DNA from: the human T2T-CHM13v2.0 reference genome, Homo sapiens
Direction: 5' to 3' (one strand)
DNA length: 64,000 nucleotides
Assembly (NCBI RefSeq): GCF_009914755.1
Contig: NC_060947.1
Position numbers and translations under genes: made by a program. Positions within the stretch are counted from its first letter, which is position 1; each line of letters opens with the position of its first letter. The notes below the pieces were generated by a model, which saw only the letters and a list, made by a program, of their open reading frames with translations, had not been told where the DNA came from and did not search any database. Below are positions 16,077 through 35,814 of this stretch, one piece after another.

Positions 16077-17096
16077 GGGCCGAATAGGAACAGCTCCAGT
16101 CTACAGCTCCCAGCGTGAGCAACGCAGAAGACGAGTGATTTCTGCATTTCCATCTGAGGTACTGGGTTCATCTCACTAGGGAGTGCCAGACAGTGGGTGC
16201 AGGACAGTGGGTGCAGCGCACCGTGCACCAGCCGAAGCAGGGTGAGGCATTGCCTCACTCGGGAAGAGCAAGGGATCAGGGAGTTCCCTTTCATGGTCAA
16301 GGAAAGGGGTGACAGACGGCACCTGGAAAATCGGGCCACTCCCACTCAAATACTGCGATTTTCCGACGGGCTTAAGAAATGGCGCACCAGGAGATTATAT
16401 CCTGCACCTGGCTCGGAGGGTCATACGCCCATGGAGTCTCGCTGATTGCTAGCACAGCAGTCTGAAATCAAACTGCAAGGCGGCAGCGAGGCTAGGGGAG
16501 GGGCACCTGCCATCGCCCAGGCTCACTTAGGTAAACAAAGCAGCCCGGAAGCTCGAACTGGGTGGAGCCCACCACAGCTCAAGGAGGCCTGCCTGCCTCT
16601 GTAGGCTCCACCTCTGGGGGCAGGGCACAGACAAACAAAAAGACAGCAGTAACTTCTGCAGGCTTAAATGTCCCTATCTGACAGCTTTGAGGAGAGCAGT
16701 GGTTCTCCCAGCATGCAGCTGGAGATCTGAGAACGGGCAGACTGCCTCCTCAAGAGGGTCCCTGACCCCTGACCCCCGAGCAGCCTAACTGAGAGGCACC
16801 CCCCAGTAGGGGCAGACTGACACCTCACACAGCCGGGTACTCCTCTGAGACAAAACTTCCAGAGGAACGATCAGACAGCAGCATTCGCGGATCACAAAAA
16901 TCCGCGGTTCTGCAGACACCGCTGCTGATACCCAGGCAAACAGGGTCTGGAGTGGACCTCTAGCAAACTCCAACAGACCTGCAGCTGGGGGTCCTGTCTG
17001 TTAGAAGGAAAACTAACAAACAGAAAGGACATCCACACCAAAAACCCATCTGTACATCACCATCATCAAAGACCAAAAGTAGATAAAACCACAAAG
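16077..17096 (+). promoter_or_regulatory. L1 5'UTR internal sense/antisense promoter; YY1 site truncated; ~128-bp ZNF93-target segment present (16844-16971)
   Basis: Starts 'gggccgaataggaacagc' with no upstream CAAGAT; extra segment lies between two 'actcc' repeats. Confidence 0.85.
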
Positions 17097-18113
17097 ATGG
17101 GGAAAAAACAGAGCAGAAAAACTGGAAACTCTAAAAAGCAGAGCGCCTCTCCTCCTCCAAAGGAACGCAGTTCCTCACCAGCAACGGAACAAAGCTGAAC
17201 GGAGAATGACTTTGACGAATTGAGAGAAGAAGGCTTCAGACGATCAAACTACTCCGAGCTACAGGAGGAAATTCAAACCAAAGGCAAAGAAGTTGAAAAC
17301 TATGAAAAAAATTTAGACGAATGTATAACTAGAATAACCAATACAGAGAAGTGTGTAAAGGAGCTGATGGAGCTGAAAACCAAGGCTCGAGAACTACATG
17401 AAGAATGCAGAAGCCTCAGGAGCCGATGCGATCAACTGGAAGAAAGGGTATTAGTGATGGAAGATGAAATGAATGAAATGAAGCGAGAAGGGAAGTTTAG
17501 AGAAAAAAGAATAAAAAGAAACAAACAAAGCCTCCAAGAAATATGGGACTATGTGAAAAGACCAAATCTACGTCTGATTGGTGTACCTGAAAGTGACGGG
17601 GAGAATGGAACCAAATTGGAAAACACTCTGCAGGATATTATCCAGGAGAACTTCCCCAATCTAGCAAGGCAGGCCAACATTCAGATTCAGGAAATACAGA
17701 GAATGCCACAAAGATACTCCTCGAGAAGAGCAACTCCAAGACACATAATTGTCAGATTCACCAAAGTTGAAATGAAGGAAAAAATGTTAAGGGCAGCCAG
17801 AGAGAAAAGTTGGGTTATCCACAAAGGGAAGCCCATCAGACTAACAGCTGATCTCTCGGCAGAAACTCTACAAGCCAGAAGAGAGTGGGGGCCAATATTC
17901 AACATTCTTAAAGAAAAGAATTTTCAACCCAGAATTTCATATCCAGCCAAACTAAGCTTCATAAGCGAAGGAGACATGAAATACTTTACAGACAAGCAAA
18001 TGCTGAGAGATTTTGTCACCACCAGGCCTGCCCTAAAAGAGGTCCTGAAGGAAGCACTAAATATGGAAAGGAACAACCGGTACCAGCCGCTGCAAAATCA
18101 TGCCAAAATGTAA
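17097..18113 (+). pseudogene. L1 ORF1p (338 codons) disrupted by nonsense W34* (TGA at 17196-17198)
   Basis: ATG at 17097 MGKKQSRKTGNSK..EQS*; same frame as the 297-aa ORF; REKG motif reads REKS. Confidence 0.95.
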
Positions 18114-18161
18114 AGACCATCGAGACTAGGAAGAAACTGCATCAACTAACGAGCAAAATAA

Positions 18162-22004
<3,843 letters not shown>

Positions 22005-22483
22005 ACAATGAGAACACATGGACACAGGAAGGGGAACATCACACTCTGGGGACTGTTTTGGGGTGGGGGGAGGGGGGAGGGATAGCATTAGGAGATATAC
22101 CTAATGCTAAATGACGAGTTAATGGGTGCAGCACACCAGCATGGCACATGTATACATATGTAACTAACCTGCACATTGTGCACATGTACCCTAAAACTTA
22201 AAGTATAATAATAATAATAAAGGAGTTGCCTAAAGCAATTGCAACAAAAGCAAAAATTGACAAATAGGATTTAATTAAACTAAAGAGCTTCTGCACAGCA
22301 AAAGAAACATCAGGCTAGGCGAGGTGGCTCACGTCTGTAATCTCAGCACTTTGGGTGGCTGAGGTGGGTGGATCACTGAGGCCAGGAGTTTGAGACCGGC
22401 CTGGCCAACATGGTGAAACCGCATCTCTACTAAAAATATAAAAAATTTGCTGGTCGTGGTGGTGCACACCTGTATCCCAGCTA

Positions 22484-22706
<223 letters not shown>

Positions 22707-23169
22707 CTAATATCCAGAATCTACAAGCAACTTAAACACATCTGACAAAGATCTAATATCTAGAATCTTCAAGGAACTTAAAGAAATTTACAAGAAAAAA
22801 ACAAACAATCCCATCAAAAAGTGGGCAAAGGACACGAACAGACACGTCTCAAAAGAAGACATTTATCCGGACAATAAACATATGAAAAAAGCTCAATATC
22901 ACTTATCATTAGAGAAATGCAAATCAAAACCATGATAAGATACCATCTCACACCACCCAGAATGGCGATTATTAAAAAGTCAAATCAGGAATTTCATGTA
23001 TAAGGTGGGAGTTCATTTCTAATCACTGTTCCACTCATATGTTTGCAAACTTTAACATAGAAGACTTTTTTGAGTTTAGTGGAAAGGAGTCAATGATGCA
23101 GTGTGTCGAAAATGGTTATCCATTTGCTTTCACATCAAACTATTTTGGGAAGATTAATAATGAATAATA

Positions 23170-23600
23170 ATCACCTGTTCATGGCACTTTGCCTTCATTC
23201 GCAATATATCGCTTATTGAGTGACGCCAATGTCTGTAGCAATGTGCTAAGCTCCTCACAAACCTCAAGTCACTTATAGCACTGAGATTTAGGTATTATTG
23301 TGCCTATATTTGCAAATGAGTAAACTGAGAAACAAGTAAGTTGATAAAGGTGACGTATATAATAAGTGGCAGAGCCTGGATTCAAGCCTAGGCCTCTCTG
23401 ATTGCAAATGTCTAGTGCTTTTATGTATATACTATACTACTTCATTTGATACCCACACCAATCATGTAAGATAGGTAAGGCATTATAAACCTCACTTTAT
23501 TGATGAGAAAACAAAATCTAAGGGTTTATGTGACTGACTTACTTTGAAACACAATGCTAGTAAGTAGTGGAGCAGGGACTGGAGCCTGATGACCAATATC
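23170..23600 (-). mobile_element. Two adjacent MIR remnants
   Basis: Cores 'caaatgagtaaactgaga' and 'tgatgagaaaacaaaatct'. Confidence 0.6.
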
Positions 23601-23629
23601 TAACCGAGTATAAGATTATATTAAGCAAA

Positions 23630-23987
<358 letters not shown>

Positions 23988-24192
23988 CTATTCATGATAT
24001 CAGTTATGTGACCATTTTAGGTTTTGGAGCAGTAGTTACGAAAAAATAGATTTAGGCTTAAACGTAATTGATAGAAGACATAAAAACAATGTGTGTTATA
24101 ACCATTCTATCAACCAAGAAGTTTTCATGGAACATCTACTTTATGCACAGCATTCTTCTACGATCCATGTGAGCATAGAAAAATATATAACA

Positions 24193-24493
<301 letters not shown>

Positions 24494-24934
24494 GAATGTT
24501 CAATATGAGCTGGAAAGGACTGTATGAATGGAGACTTGAGTTTGGCTCTCAAGGCAAGTAGGCATTGGTTAGATTGGCTAAGTTGCAGGAGCAAATTTAG
24601 AGGTAGGAATGAGCTAGAGGTTGCTGGGGACAGTGACTAGGTAATGGGTGGAAAAAGGGTTTCATTTTAAGTGCCAACTCTAGTCATTTTTTGGTGTTGT
24701 CTGGAGCACCATATTGGGAAGTATTCAGAGACTCAGCAGATAAGTGTCATATGAATGATTATTAATGTCTATTATGATTGTGGGAGGGAGGTAATAAGAA
24801 CATGAGGTCAGCCTTTTGCCATCCTGGCCCAGAACAAACTGGCGAGGGCAGAGAGTTTTCTTGGCAGTACAGCAGGAGATAATGTTGAAAGGAAAGGTTG
24901 GGAGTAGATTGTGGATGCTCTAGGAATGCTGTGC

Positions 24935-25880
24935 TTACTAGCTACGTGTGCTTATTTAAACACTTGAAATGTGGCTGCCCCAAATTGAGATGGACTGTGA
25001 GTGTGAAATACACACTGGATTTCTAAGACTTTATCTCCTCCACAAAAAATATAAAATATCTTATTAATAATTTTTATATTGATTATATGTGAAACTAGTA
25101 ATATTTTGTCTATAGATTAATTCATAAATTAGGGATTTTTAAATATAAACTACGGTTGTGTAAAATGTTAACATGTGGGAAAACTGGGTGAAGGGCGTAT
25201 GAAAACTCTGTGAACTACTTTTGTAACTTTTTTGTAAGTCAGCCATTATTTCAAAATAAAATGTTAAAAAATATTAACTCATCACTCCTAAAACTTTGTG
25301 ATTTCTCCATTTCTGTCAGGGAGACCAAAATTCTCTCAATCTTTCAGGTGAGAAATCATGAAACAGAGATTCTACTTTCTTCACCACCCTCTATATCCAG
25401 AAAATAACAAAGACCTGTTGGTACTTCCATCTAAATGTCTCTTGTATTATATCTTTTGTCTCCAGCCCCATAGCCATGACCCTAGTCCAGAACATCCCTC
25501 CTGGACTTTTGTAATGTGTTGTTCCTCCTGGCCACCTTCCAGGCCATAGCCAGACTAAATTCCCCCCAAAAACAATCTCACATTCCTACTCAAGGACCTA
25601 CAATGGCTTCTGAGGATGAAGTACAAACTCCTTAGCTTGGATTTCTAGACCAGCTCTGTATATATATAGTTTAAAATTTTCTAACAGCCATATTTTAAAT
25701 AGTAAAATGAAACAGATGAAATTAATGTTAACAATATATTTTACATTCTTTTTAAAATGCTATGTTTCCAAAATCTGGTGTGTATTTTGCATTTAGAGCA
25801 TATCTCAATTTGGACTATCCACATTTCAAATGTTCAATAGCCACACACAGCTAGTGACCACTGCATTTTGGACAGTGTAG
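24935..25880. mobile_element. Mosaic of MER33/MER3-like hAT-Charlie pieces, an L1M 3' end (~25150-25270) and L2
   Basis: 'cacttgaaatgtggct', 'ccacatttcaaatgttcaatagccac', 'gggaaaactgggtgaagggcgtatgaaaactctg'. Confidence 0.6.
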
Positions 25881-26412
25881 GGTTTTGGTCCAGAGTAAGA
25901 ATCCACATTGCATTTGGTTGTCATGTCTCGTTAGTCTCCAATCTGGAACAGATAAATTTACTTCTGAATTAACTGAGGTATTGAGTCTTGGTGCTTAGAG
26001 GTAGTTACAGATAAGATCTTGAAGTGCAGGTAAGACTGGTCTGAAACTCTTGGGGTCAAGTGATCCTCCTGCCTCAGCCTCCAGTGTAACTGTGATTACA
26101 AGTGCCAGGCCCAGCTAGCGACTGAATTTAACATTAATAAAATCAGACTTTTTTTCACTTGAAATAATGTTTTAAAAGAGTTGAGAGAAATGAACAAATT
26201 TGTGGTTACAAATATTTTCTCCACTACTTCTCTGCCCTTTTTTGTCACTTTCACCATTCCCTCCTTTCTTCTGTCTGCTGGGTCCCCTCCCTTCCTTTTG
26301 GCTTTAGGTTGACTATTGGACAATTTGTTCGAAATTTATTAAGCACCTACTATTGATTATCTAGTTTATTCTTTAGTTCTTTAGTAATGATTATAACAGT
26401 GAACAAAGTATC

Positions 26413-26698
26413 CTTTTTTGTTCTTTTGACAGAGTCTCACTCTGTCTCCTAGGCTTGGCACAATCTTGACTGACTGCAACATCTGCCTCCCGGGTTCAAG
26501 TGATTCTCCTGCCTCAGCCTCCCAAGTAGCTGGGACTACAAGAATGCACCACCACGCCCGGCTAAGTTTTGTATTTTTGGTAGAGATGGGGTTTCACCAT
26601 GTTGCCCAGGCTGGTCTCGAACTCCTGAGCTCAGGTGACCCTCCCACCTCAGCATCCCAAAGTGCTGGGATTACAGGTGAGAGTCACTGAACTCAGCC
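26413..26698 (-). mobile_element. Alu (a FLAM-like fragment also lies at ~26030-26115)
   Basis: Antisense Alu with a small internal deletion. Confidence 0.9.
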
Positions 26699-29600
26699 CA
26701 AAATATTTTAATTCTCCCATATTTTAGTTAAATGTTTACTAGGAAATTAAATCAAGATATATGAATGTTTTGGTTTATGCAAACTCAATGAACGATATTG
26801 CTATCATTTGATTTATATTTGTATTACAAGGATTTATAGAAAGTACTGTTGAGATTCTTAAATACCCATATTTATCTTACCTGAATTATACATAACTGTA
26901 AGTGTGTTAAAACACCTCAAGCACTAGAATTAATTTAAATATCAGATTCTAATTGACAGGAACGATTTAGTGAAATTTCTTTATACTGCTTTTTCCCCCC
27001 CCAGGGGAAGAAGTTTGACTTTATTCTGACCTTTATTTACCCTTGTTTCTTTAAAAAAAAAAAAGTTTAATGAGAAAGACTTGGTGTCAGTTAACAAAAA
27101 AATGACTTCAGATTTACATTCTTTTACCAATGGAATAAATGAACAAAGTTTGCAATTGAAAAGGCAGTTTACACCTTTTGTTGTTTGGGTTCATAGAAAT
27201 CCTATTATGCTTCATACATAGCTCTGAAGAATGTGCAAACAAGTATTAGATCAATGACATTTCTTTGTAATTTCTTTTATCAACATATTTAAAACTGAAT
27301 ATTCAAACCTTCATTCATATTTTAGATGCCTGTCTCATCAGTACACTTATACCTGAGTATATTTCATTGCTATAGAATATTTTTCCCGCTAAGATCCTAA
27401 ATGAATTGAAAGATCCTAAATAGTAGAAGGTCAACAGTGTTCTGCCAAGGTGTTTGCAATTAAGCAGCCACTCCACTCACTGGTGGCTTTGAAATTAGTG
27501 TTTGAAATTATTGTGTGTTATCTACCATCAATGATGATAGCATTCAAAGGAATTCATAGAAAGATATTCCACAAAAGCAGTTTATTTTAGTTTGGGGAGT
27601 AAAAACACATGAAAGAGCTTTATCGAATGTGATCAGATCGCGTGAAAATAAAGTTGAGTTTCCAAAAATTTTCATAATCTAGAGGAAAGGTTTCTCCCAG
27701 ACCTCTGAAATATATACTTACTTTCTGCCTAACTTCTCTTTCATTAGTCTTTTTGATTCTGAGGAAATGCCCTGAATATGTATTGACAGTTCATCCTTGA
27801 CCATTTTAACCACAATCTTTCATGGTGTAGAAATCCTAGAACACACTTTTACAAGTAGGTCTAAGACAATCAATCTGTTTAGAAGCTTGATCCCAAAATT
27901 TGTACAGATAAGGCATTTTAGACAAAATTATAGAATATTTTAAACTAAGCACTAGGTGACAATATATGTTAATTTTTTTAAAGTTTCCTCTTTGAGTATA
28001 AACCGTATATATTATATATTAAATTAGACCAAAGTTGTGTAAACCTTAGGTTTTATTACAGTTCTTTTGCATTTCAAATTGATGTTTTCCTTTGAAATAG
28101 AAAACAAACTTCTGAGAAGTTTTCTAACAGACGTTTCTATTTTTCTCAACTCTAAAATTCCAGATTAATAAACTCTACTACTAATTGTAGTATATTTTAT
28201 TGTGCAAAATGCAGTATAAACACATGATGTAAAGTAACAAAAAGCATAAGGCAACTTTAAAATATTTTTAAGGTAGTTATCGTTGGGTAAGAACAGGTGC
28301 TTTAAAGTCACATTAGCTTTCTCAGGAGTAAATACGTAAATAAAATATTGAGTTAGTTGATGAATAAACTGAATTGAAAAAAGCTAAGATAAAATATATA
28401 AAATATATGTTTAAGTATTGCCGATAGGGTTATTTTAGTTAGAATGATTATACACATTCAATGTGAAACGATAAAATTATATTGCAACATAATTACATTT
28501 AACTATTTGTAGTTTTTTAACTCTGGGAAAGAAATTGCATTCCCAGCTGTTTCTCAACTCCTGTAATTTAAATAAGTAAACCTTTTGTTCTTGAAACTTA
28601 CTTAGTTCCTTCTAATTCTGTTGATGGACATCCATTTCTACTGCCTTATTTTATGTTAATATCTAACAAAAGAATGCTGTTAGCCTCCTGCCAGTAAAAG
28701 CCCACCTCCTTTGTTGGAAGGGTAGAGAGGAGGGAGATTCTTTTTTAGCCTTTTACTTTACAGAAGACTTAAAACTTCCTCTCTCCACATCTAGTCAAGA
28801 AGAGCATTTCTACTTGAGCTAAAAATTCCTAGGAAAAGGCTATAGCCCCCAAGTGTGGAAGGTGGTTCTTAGCTGTCAATTCCCTTTTGTTATTCGCTCA
28901 AATGGAATTATGAAATGTTCGTGGCTTTGTAGGGCAGAACACATTTCTCCCGAGCAAATGCAAATGCATTAGGTGTGCCCAGGTAATTTGAAGTGCTCAT
29001 GCTGGCAGCTTTTCTGCATGAGTAAAGCTGTTTAATTAATGCATTTTCCCCTTCCTTCTGATTAGTTGATTCTGATTTTCTTTGAATAAATTAAACTCTC
29101 TGTAATATGCTTCCTATAGCTTCTTGGGCTACCCAAGCCCTGATACCTCCCACCAGGAGGGCAGATGCAAAGAAATGAAATGATTCCTCTGCATATTTCT
29201 CACAGAGATTTTTCTCCTGTACAAAAGACTGATTTTCCTTGTAATATAGCTCAGGCGAGTGATGTGTTTAAAGAAGATCTTTGAGTTTCTGTTGATGTTG
29301 CTCATTGGTAATTGTCCTTCCAACTTGAATTATGGAAATGAGTATTGGATCCATTTAGTTTTGCTTTATTGAGATTTGGGGAGTAAACATTCAGCGAGGT
29401 TGGACAGAAGTGGCATAAACACCTTCCCTAATAATAGTGCTCATGTTAACTGCCACTGCTTACTACAAGTGCCAGCATCTACAGATGGCATGGGAAGTTA
29501 ACATTTTTCCCAGGGTTTCTAAAGGAAACCTTTGATTTGTGAAAAGAATTTCTTTGCATCAAAAAGGCAGAGTAGTGTAGTAGAAAGAAGGCTGGGATTG

Positions 29601-29818
29601 GAGTCAGGAAGAACTGTGTTTAAGCTCTAACTTTGCCACTAGCCAGTTTCTGTAAAGTCAAGATCTTGTAGCAGTCTCTTAAGTGGGAACCTTCCAGCCT
29701 GTATAGCCTCATTATTTTCACACACGAGGCATCTTAACAAGGGTTGAGATAAGGTCCCAAACTGTTGTCCCATTTTAAATTTTGGCTTCCAGACCAAAAC
29801 AGAAATCCCTAAACATAA

Positions 29819-30549
<731 letters not shown>

Positions 30550-30704
30550 TCATGAGAACATTATTAATGAACATAATGACAATAGTCACAAGATCACTGC
30601 CATAGTTGGTATTTTGTAGCCCTTTCCTTTTAAACATTTGAGAGTTCTCAGCAGCATTTTTGATTGATTTTTATATATTTATGTATTTAACAGAGCTACG
30701 CTGA

Positions 30705-31003
<299 letters not shown>

Positions 31004-31538
31004 TGAGTTCAAACTTTTTAAGACTCTGGTCAATGAACATTTCTTGCTTCTGAGGCCCTTTCAGGGTTTCCTTCAGCTCAAAATACTCAGCATGCCAAGG
31101 CACCATATTTGGGATATCATGTTTTGAGCCCTGACAAAAACAAATGCCAATGCCACTCTTACAATAACCTTCTCTATTTTTTATTCATGTCTCACCTGTC
31201 TCCATTGTTCACTTAATAAACCCAGTACCTCTAGCTTAGGGCTAATTGACATGGCTGATCAGTAGAAATTGGTATAGAGCCCACTTAATACTCCAGAAGT
31301 GTTCTTAGAGAAGTTCTGTATGATTAAGAACTGGTCAAGAGGGGAACAATACTTTTACACTGATCATTATAATTACGTTAAAATCCTTCATGAATGGGTT
31401 TTCTTGACATCTCTTACTACTCAAAGTAGTTAATGAGCTAGATGTAGTAGTATTTAAAGTAGACTTGTTTGATTAAGTGGACAACCCACTCCTTAATGTA
31501 TTTTTTTTTCTTTTTCTTTCTAAAAAATATAAAATGCA

Positions 31539-31828
31539 GGCCGGGCACAGTGGCTCATGCCTGTAATCCCTGCACTTTGGGAGACCGAGTCGGGTGGATC
31601 ACCTGACATCAGGAATTCGAGACCAGCCTGACCAATATGGTGAAACCCCATCTGCACTAAAAATACAAAAATTAGCTGGGCATGGTGGTGGGTGCCTGTA
31701 ATCCCAGCTACTTGGGAGGCTGAGGCAGGATATCAGTTGAATTGGGGAGACAGAGGTTGCAATGAACCAAGATTGTGCCACTGCACCCCAGCCTGGGAGA
31801 CAGAGCCAGACTCTGTCTCAAAAAAAAA

Positions 31829-31829
<1 letters not shown>
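31539..31829 (+). mobile_element. AluS inserted into the 3' end of a U6 pseudogene
   Basis: Dimeric Alu followed by (TA)31. Confidence 0.95.

Positions 31830-31831
<2 letters not shown>

Positions 31832-31893
<62 letters not shown>
31832..31893. repeat. Perfect (TA)31 microsatellite
   Basis: Counted directly, 62 bp. Confidence 0.95.
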
Positions 31894-31895
<2 letters not shown>

Positions 31896-31986
31896 GCTCC
31901 ATGAATTTGTGTGTCATCCTTGACCAGGGACAATGCTAATCTCCGTATCATTCCAATTTTAGTATATGTGTTGCCAAAGTAAGCAC
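31890..31986 (-). pseudogene. RNU6: U6 snRNA processed pseudogene
   Basis: Reverse complement gtgcttactttggcaacacatatactaaaattggaatgatacggagattagcattgtccctggtcaaggatgacacacaaattcatggagcatt aligns to U6; ACAGAGA box mutated. Confidence 0.93.
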
Positions 31987-32029
31987 TTAATATGTTATAT
32001 ATATATTTTTTTGACATGTGGATCCAGCT

Positions 32030-33117
32030 GTTTTGTTTTTACATTTTTCATTTTGAAGTAATTTCAAACTTACAGGAAAGTTGCAGGAAAAGTAAAAAGA
32101 CCTCTTATATAGTTTTCACTCAGATTCCCCAATTATTTACATTTGCTTTATAATCTCTTTAAATATATATTTATATATAATATATGTAATTAATATTTCT
32201 ATATATTATATATAATTAATATTTATATATATGTAATTAATATTTCTATATAGTATATATAATTAATATTTATATATACATAATGCATTCTCCTCTTCCT
32301 TCTGATTAGTTGATTCTAATTTTCTTTGAATAAATTAAACTCTGTAATATGTTTTTTAAAATAATTCTTTTTAAGTAAACATATTAGTATTTTTCTGAAT
32401 TAATGGAAAGTTGCAGGCATGATGCTCGCTGCCCCTAAATATTTCAGTGTGTATTTTCTACAAGATAAGGGTACTTTCATACATAGTCACAGTACTGCCA
32501 TCAAAATCAGGAAATTAACATTTATGCAATACCATCTAATCCACAGATCCCATTCGAATTTCACCAATGGTTCAATAATGTTCTTTATAGCAATCAATTA
32601 GTCAATAAATAAAATATATTTTTTAATCTGGTCCAGAATCCCTCCAGGATCATGTGTCACATTTAACTGTTTTGTTTCTTTAGTTTTCTTCAATCTGGAA
32701 CTAGTTCCTCAGTTATTCCTTGTCTTCCATGACGTAGATATTTTTAGAGCACAGTTATTTTGTATAAAGTCTCTAGGTTTATATTCGTCTGATATTCCTT
32801 ATGAGTAGATTCAGTAATGTATTTTTGGCAAGAATATCACAGAACTGAGATTGTGGTTTTGTCAATTTATCATATCAGGAGACACTTCGAGGTGTCCCAT
32901 TACTGTTGATCTTAATTTTAATTGCTGGTTAAGTGGCATCTACCAGATTTTCCCACTGAAAAGTTTTTATTTTCCCTTTGTAATAAACAAGCATTTTGAG
33001 AGAAAATATATTGAGACTATGTAAATGTCCTTTTCCAATGGCAATTTTCTAATACTATATTTTTGTACCTTTATTAGTCAGCATCCTACTGTATGGAAGA
33101 ATTTTTCTTGCCTATCA

Positions 33118-33149
<32 letters not shown>

Positions 33150-33210
33150 TCTGTCTATCTATCTATCAAAACATAGTCCTATGAATTGCTATTTTATAAA
33201 ATTGGTGCAG
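32030..33210 (-). mobile_element. Old L1MC/ME-type 3' region, antisense
   Basis: 'tttgaagtaatttcaaacttacaggaaagttgca', 'cccctaaatatttcagtgtgtatttt', 'tttttggcaagaatatcacagaa'. Confidence 0.75.
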
Positions 33211-33211
33211 A

Positions 33212-33280
33212 AATAATGTTTTAGCAACTTTCTGGATATCTTTAATCTAGTCAAGTTGACACCTAAAATAAACCATCACA
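33212..33280 (-). mobile_element. Short 5'-terminal fragment of an MLT2 (ERVL) LTR
   Basis: Reverse complement tgtgatggtttattttaggtgtcaacttgactagatt.. matches the MLT2 start. Confidence 0.7.
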
Positions 33281-33314
33281 GACAATATATCCAACTGCCT
33301 AAAGAACAGTATAA

Positions 33315-33910
33315 TAGTATAAAAATGTTTATGGAATGTTTTCTATTTTGCAAGCATTTTCTCCCTAATACTTCACATGTATTATCTCATTTCATTCCTC
33401 CCAACAGCTCTTTGAGATAGTTACTATTACTTTCTTGCTTTACAGCTCAGGATATTGAGGCAGAGAAGTTAAGCAACTTGCCCATGGTCACACAGTTGGT
33501 CTCACTGGCACCTTGATAACAGAGACTAGGCCTTTGACTACTACACTCTGCTGACAACTCGAGATATCCCAAACTTAATCATCTTCCCCTACAAGCCAGC
33601 ACCCCTTCCAGTCTTCCAGATCTCAGAGAGAATGATGCTAGTAACCATCTAGTTATTCAAGTTGAAACCTAATTATCATACTTGATTCCTTTCTAGCCTT
33701 TCATGAGAACTTGTACTTCTCCCAGCATAGTACTTCCTATTTGCATTGTAATTGTTAATTTTCTTGTATCCTTCTTTAAATCCTTGAGAAAAGTGGTGGT
33801 GTGATGTTGATAGTTGTATCCATAGTACCTAATATCCAGATGCTAGTACCTAGCACAGGACCTGGCACACATTCAGTACCTATTTGTTGAATCGACGAAT
33901 GAATGAATGA
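33315..33910. mobile_element. MIR (~33315-33560) and L2 3' end (~33560-33910)
   Basis: 'gttaagcaacttgcccatggtcacacag'; 'cctggcacacattcagtacctatttgttgaat...gaatgaatga'. Confidence 0.7.
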
Positions 33911-33984
33911 ATTGGTAGAATTAAGCCTTTTATAAGTGAGCAGTTAGAATAGAAAAATGAAGTGACTTACTCAAAGTTATACAA

Positions 33985-35310
<1,326 letters not shown>

Positions 35311-35535
35311 TTGGGAGGTGGGCTGGTCAATTACAAAAAACAACAAATTTAAAGGTTAAAACTACTGGAATTTTAGGCAGAATAAAAAGTCCAGGAAACC
35401 TGGATCCAATATGACAAGGCATGCAGTAAGTGCTCTATAAATGTTTGTTGAGTGAGTGAATGAATGAATGAGTAAAGAAAGAATCTTTTTAAATTTTATA
35501 AAATTTATATGAGATTTATATATGTTATTATTATT

Positions 35536-35814
35536 TGTTTAAAGACAGAGTCTCGCTCTGTTGCCCAGGCTGGAGTGCAGTTGCTCAATCTTGGCTCACT
35601 GCAACCTCTGGTCTCAAGCAATCCTCCTGCCTCAGCCACCCGAGTAGCTGGTATTACAGGCACGCACCACCAAACCTGGCTAATTTTTGTATTTTTAGTA
35701 CAGATGGGGTTTTGCCATATTGTACAGGCTGGTCTCGAACTCTTGGCCTCAAGAGATCCATCTGCCTTTGCCTCCCAAAGTGCTGGGATTACAGGCGTGA
35801 GCCACCATGCCTGG
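35536..35814 (-). mobile_element. AluJ-like
   Basis: Antisense Alu. Confidence 0.9.

Noticed and set aside
31890-31986. Functional U6 gene or U6-L1 chimera
   Set aside because: Many substitutions including the ACAGAGA box, no recognisable PSE upstream, and no L1 fused at the 3' end
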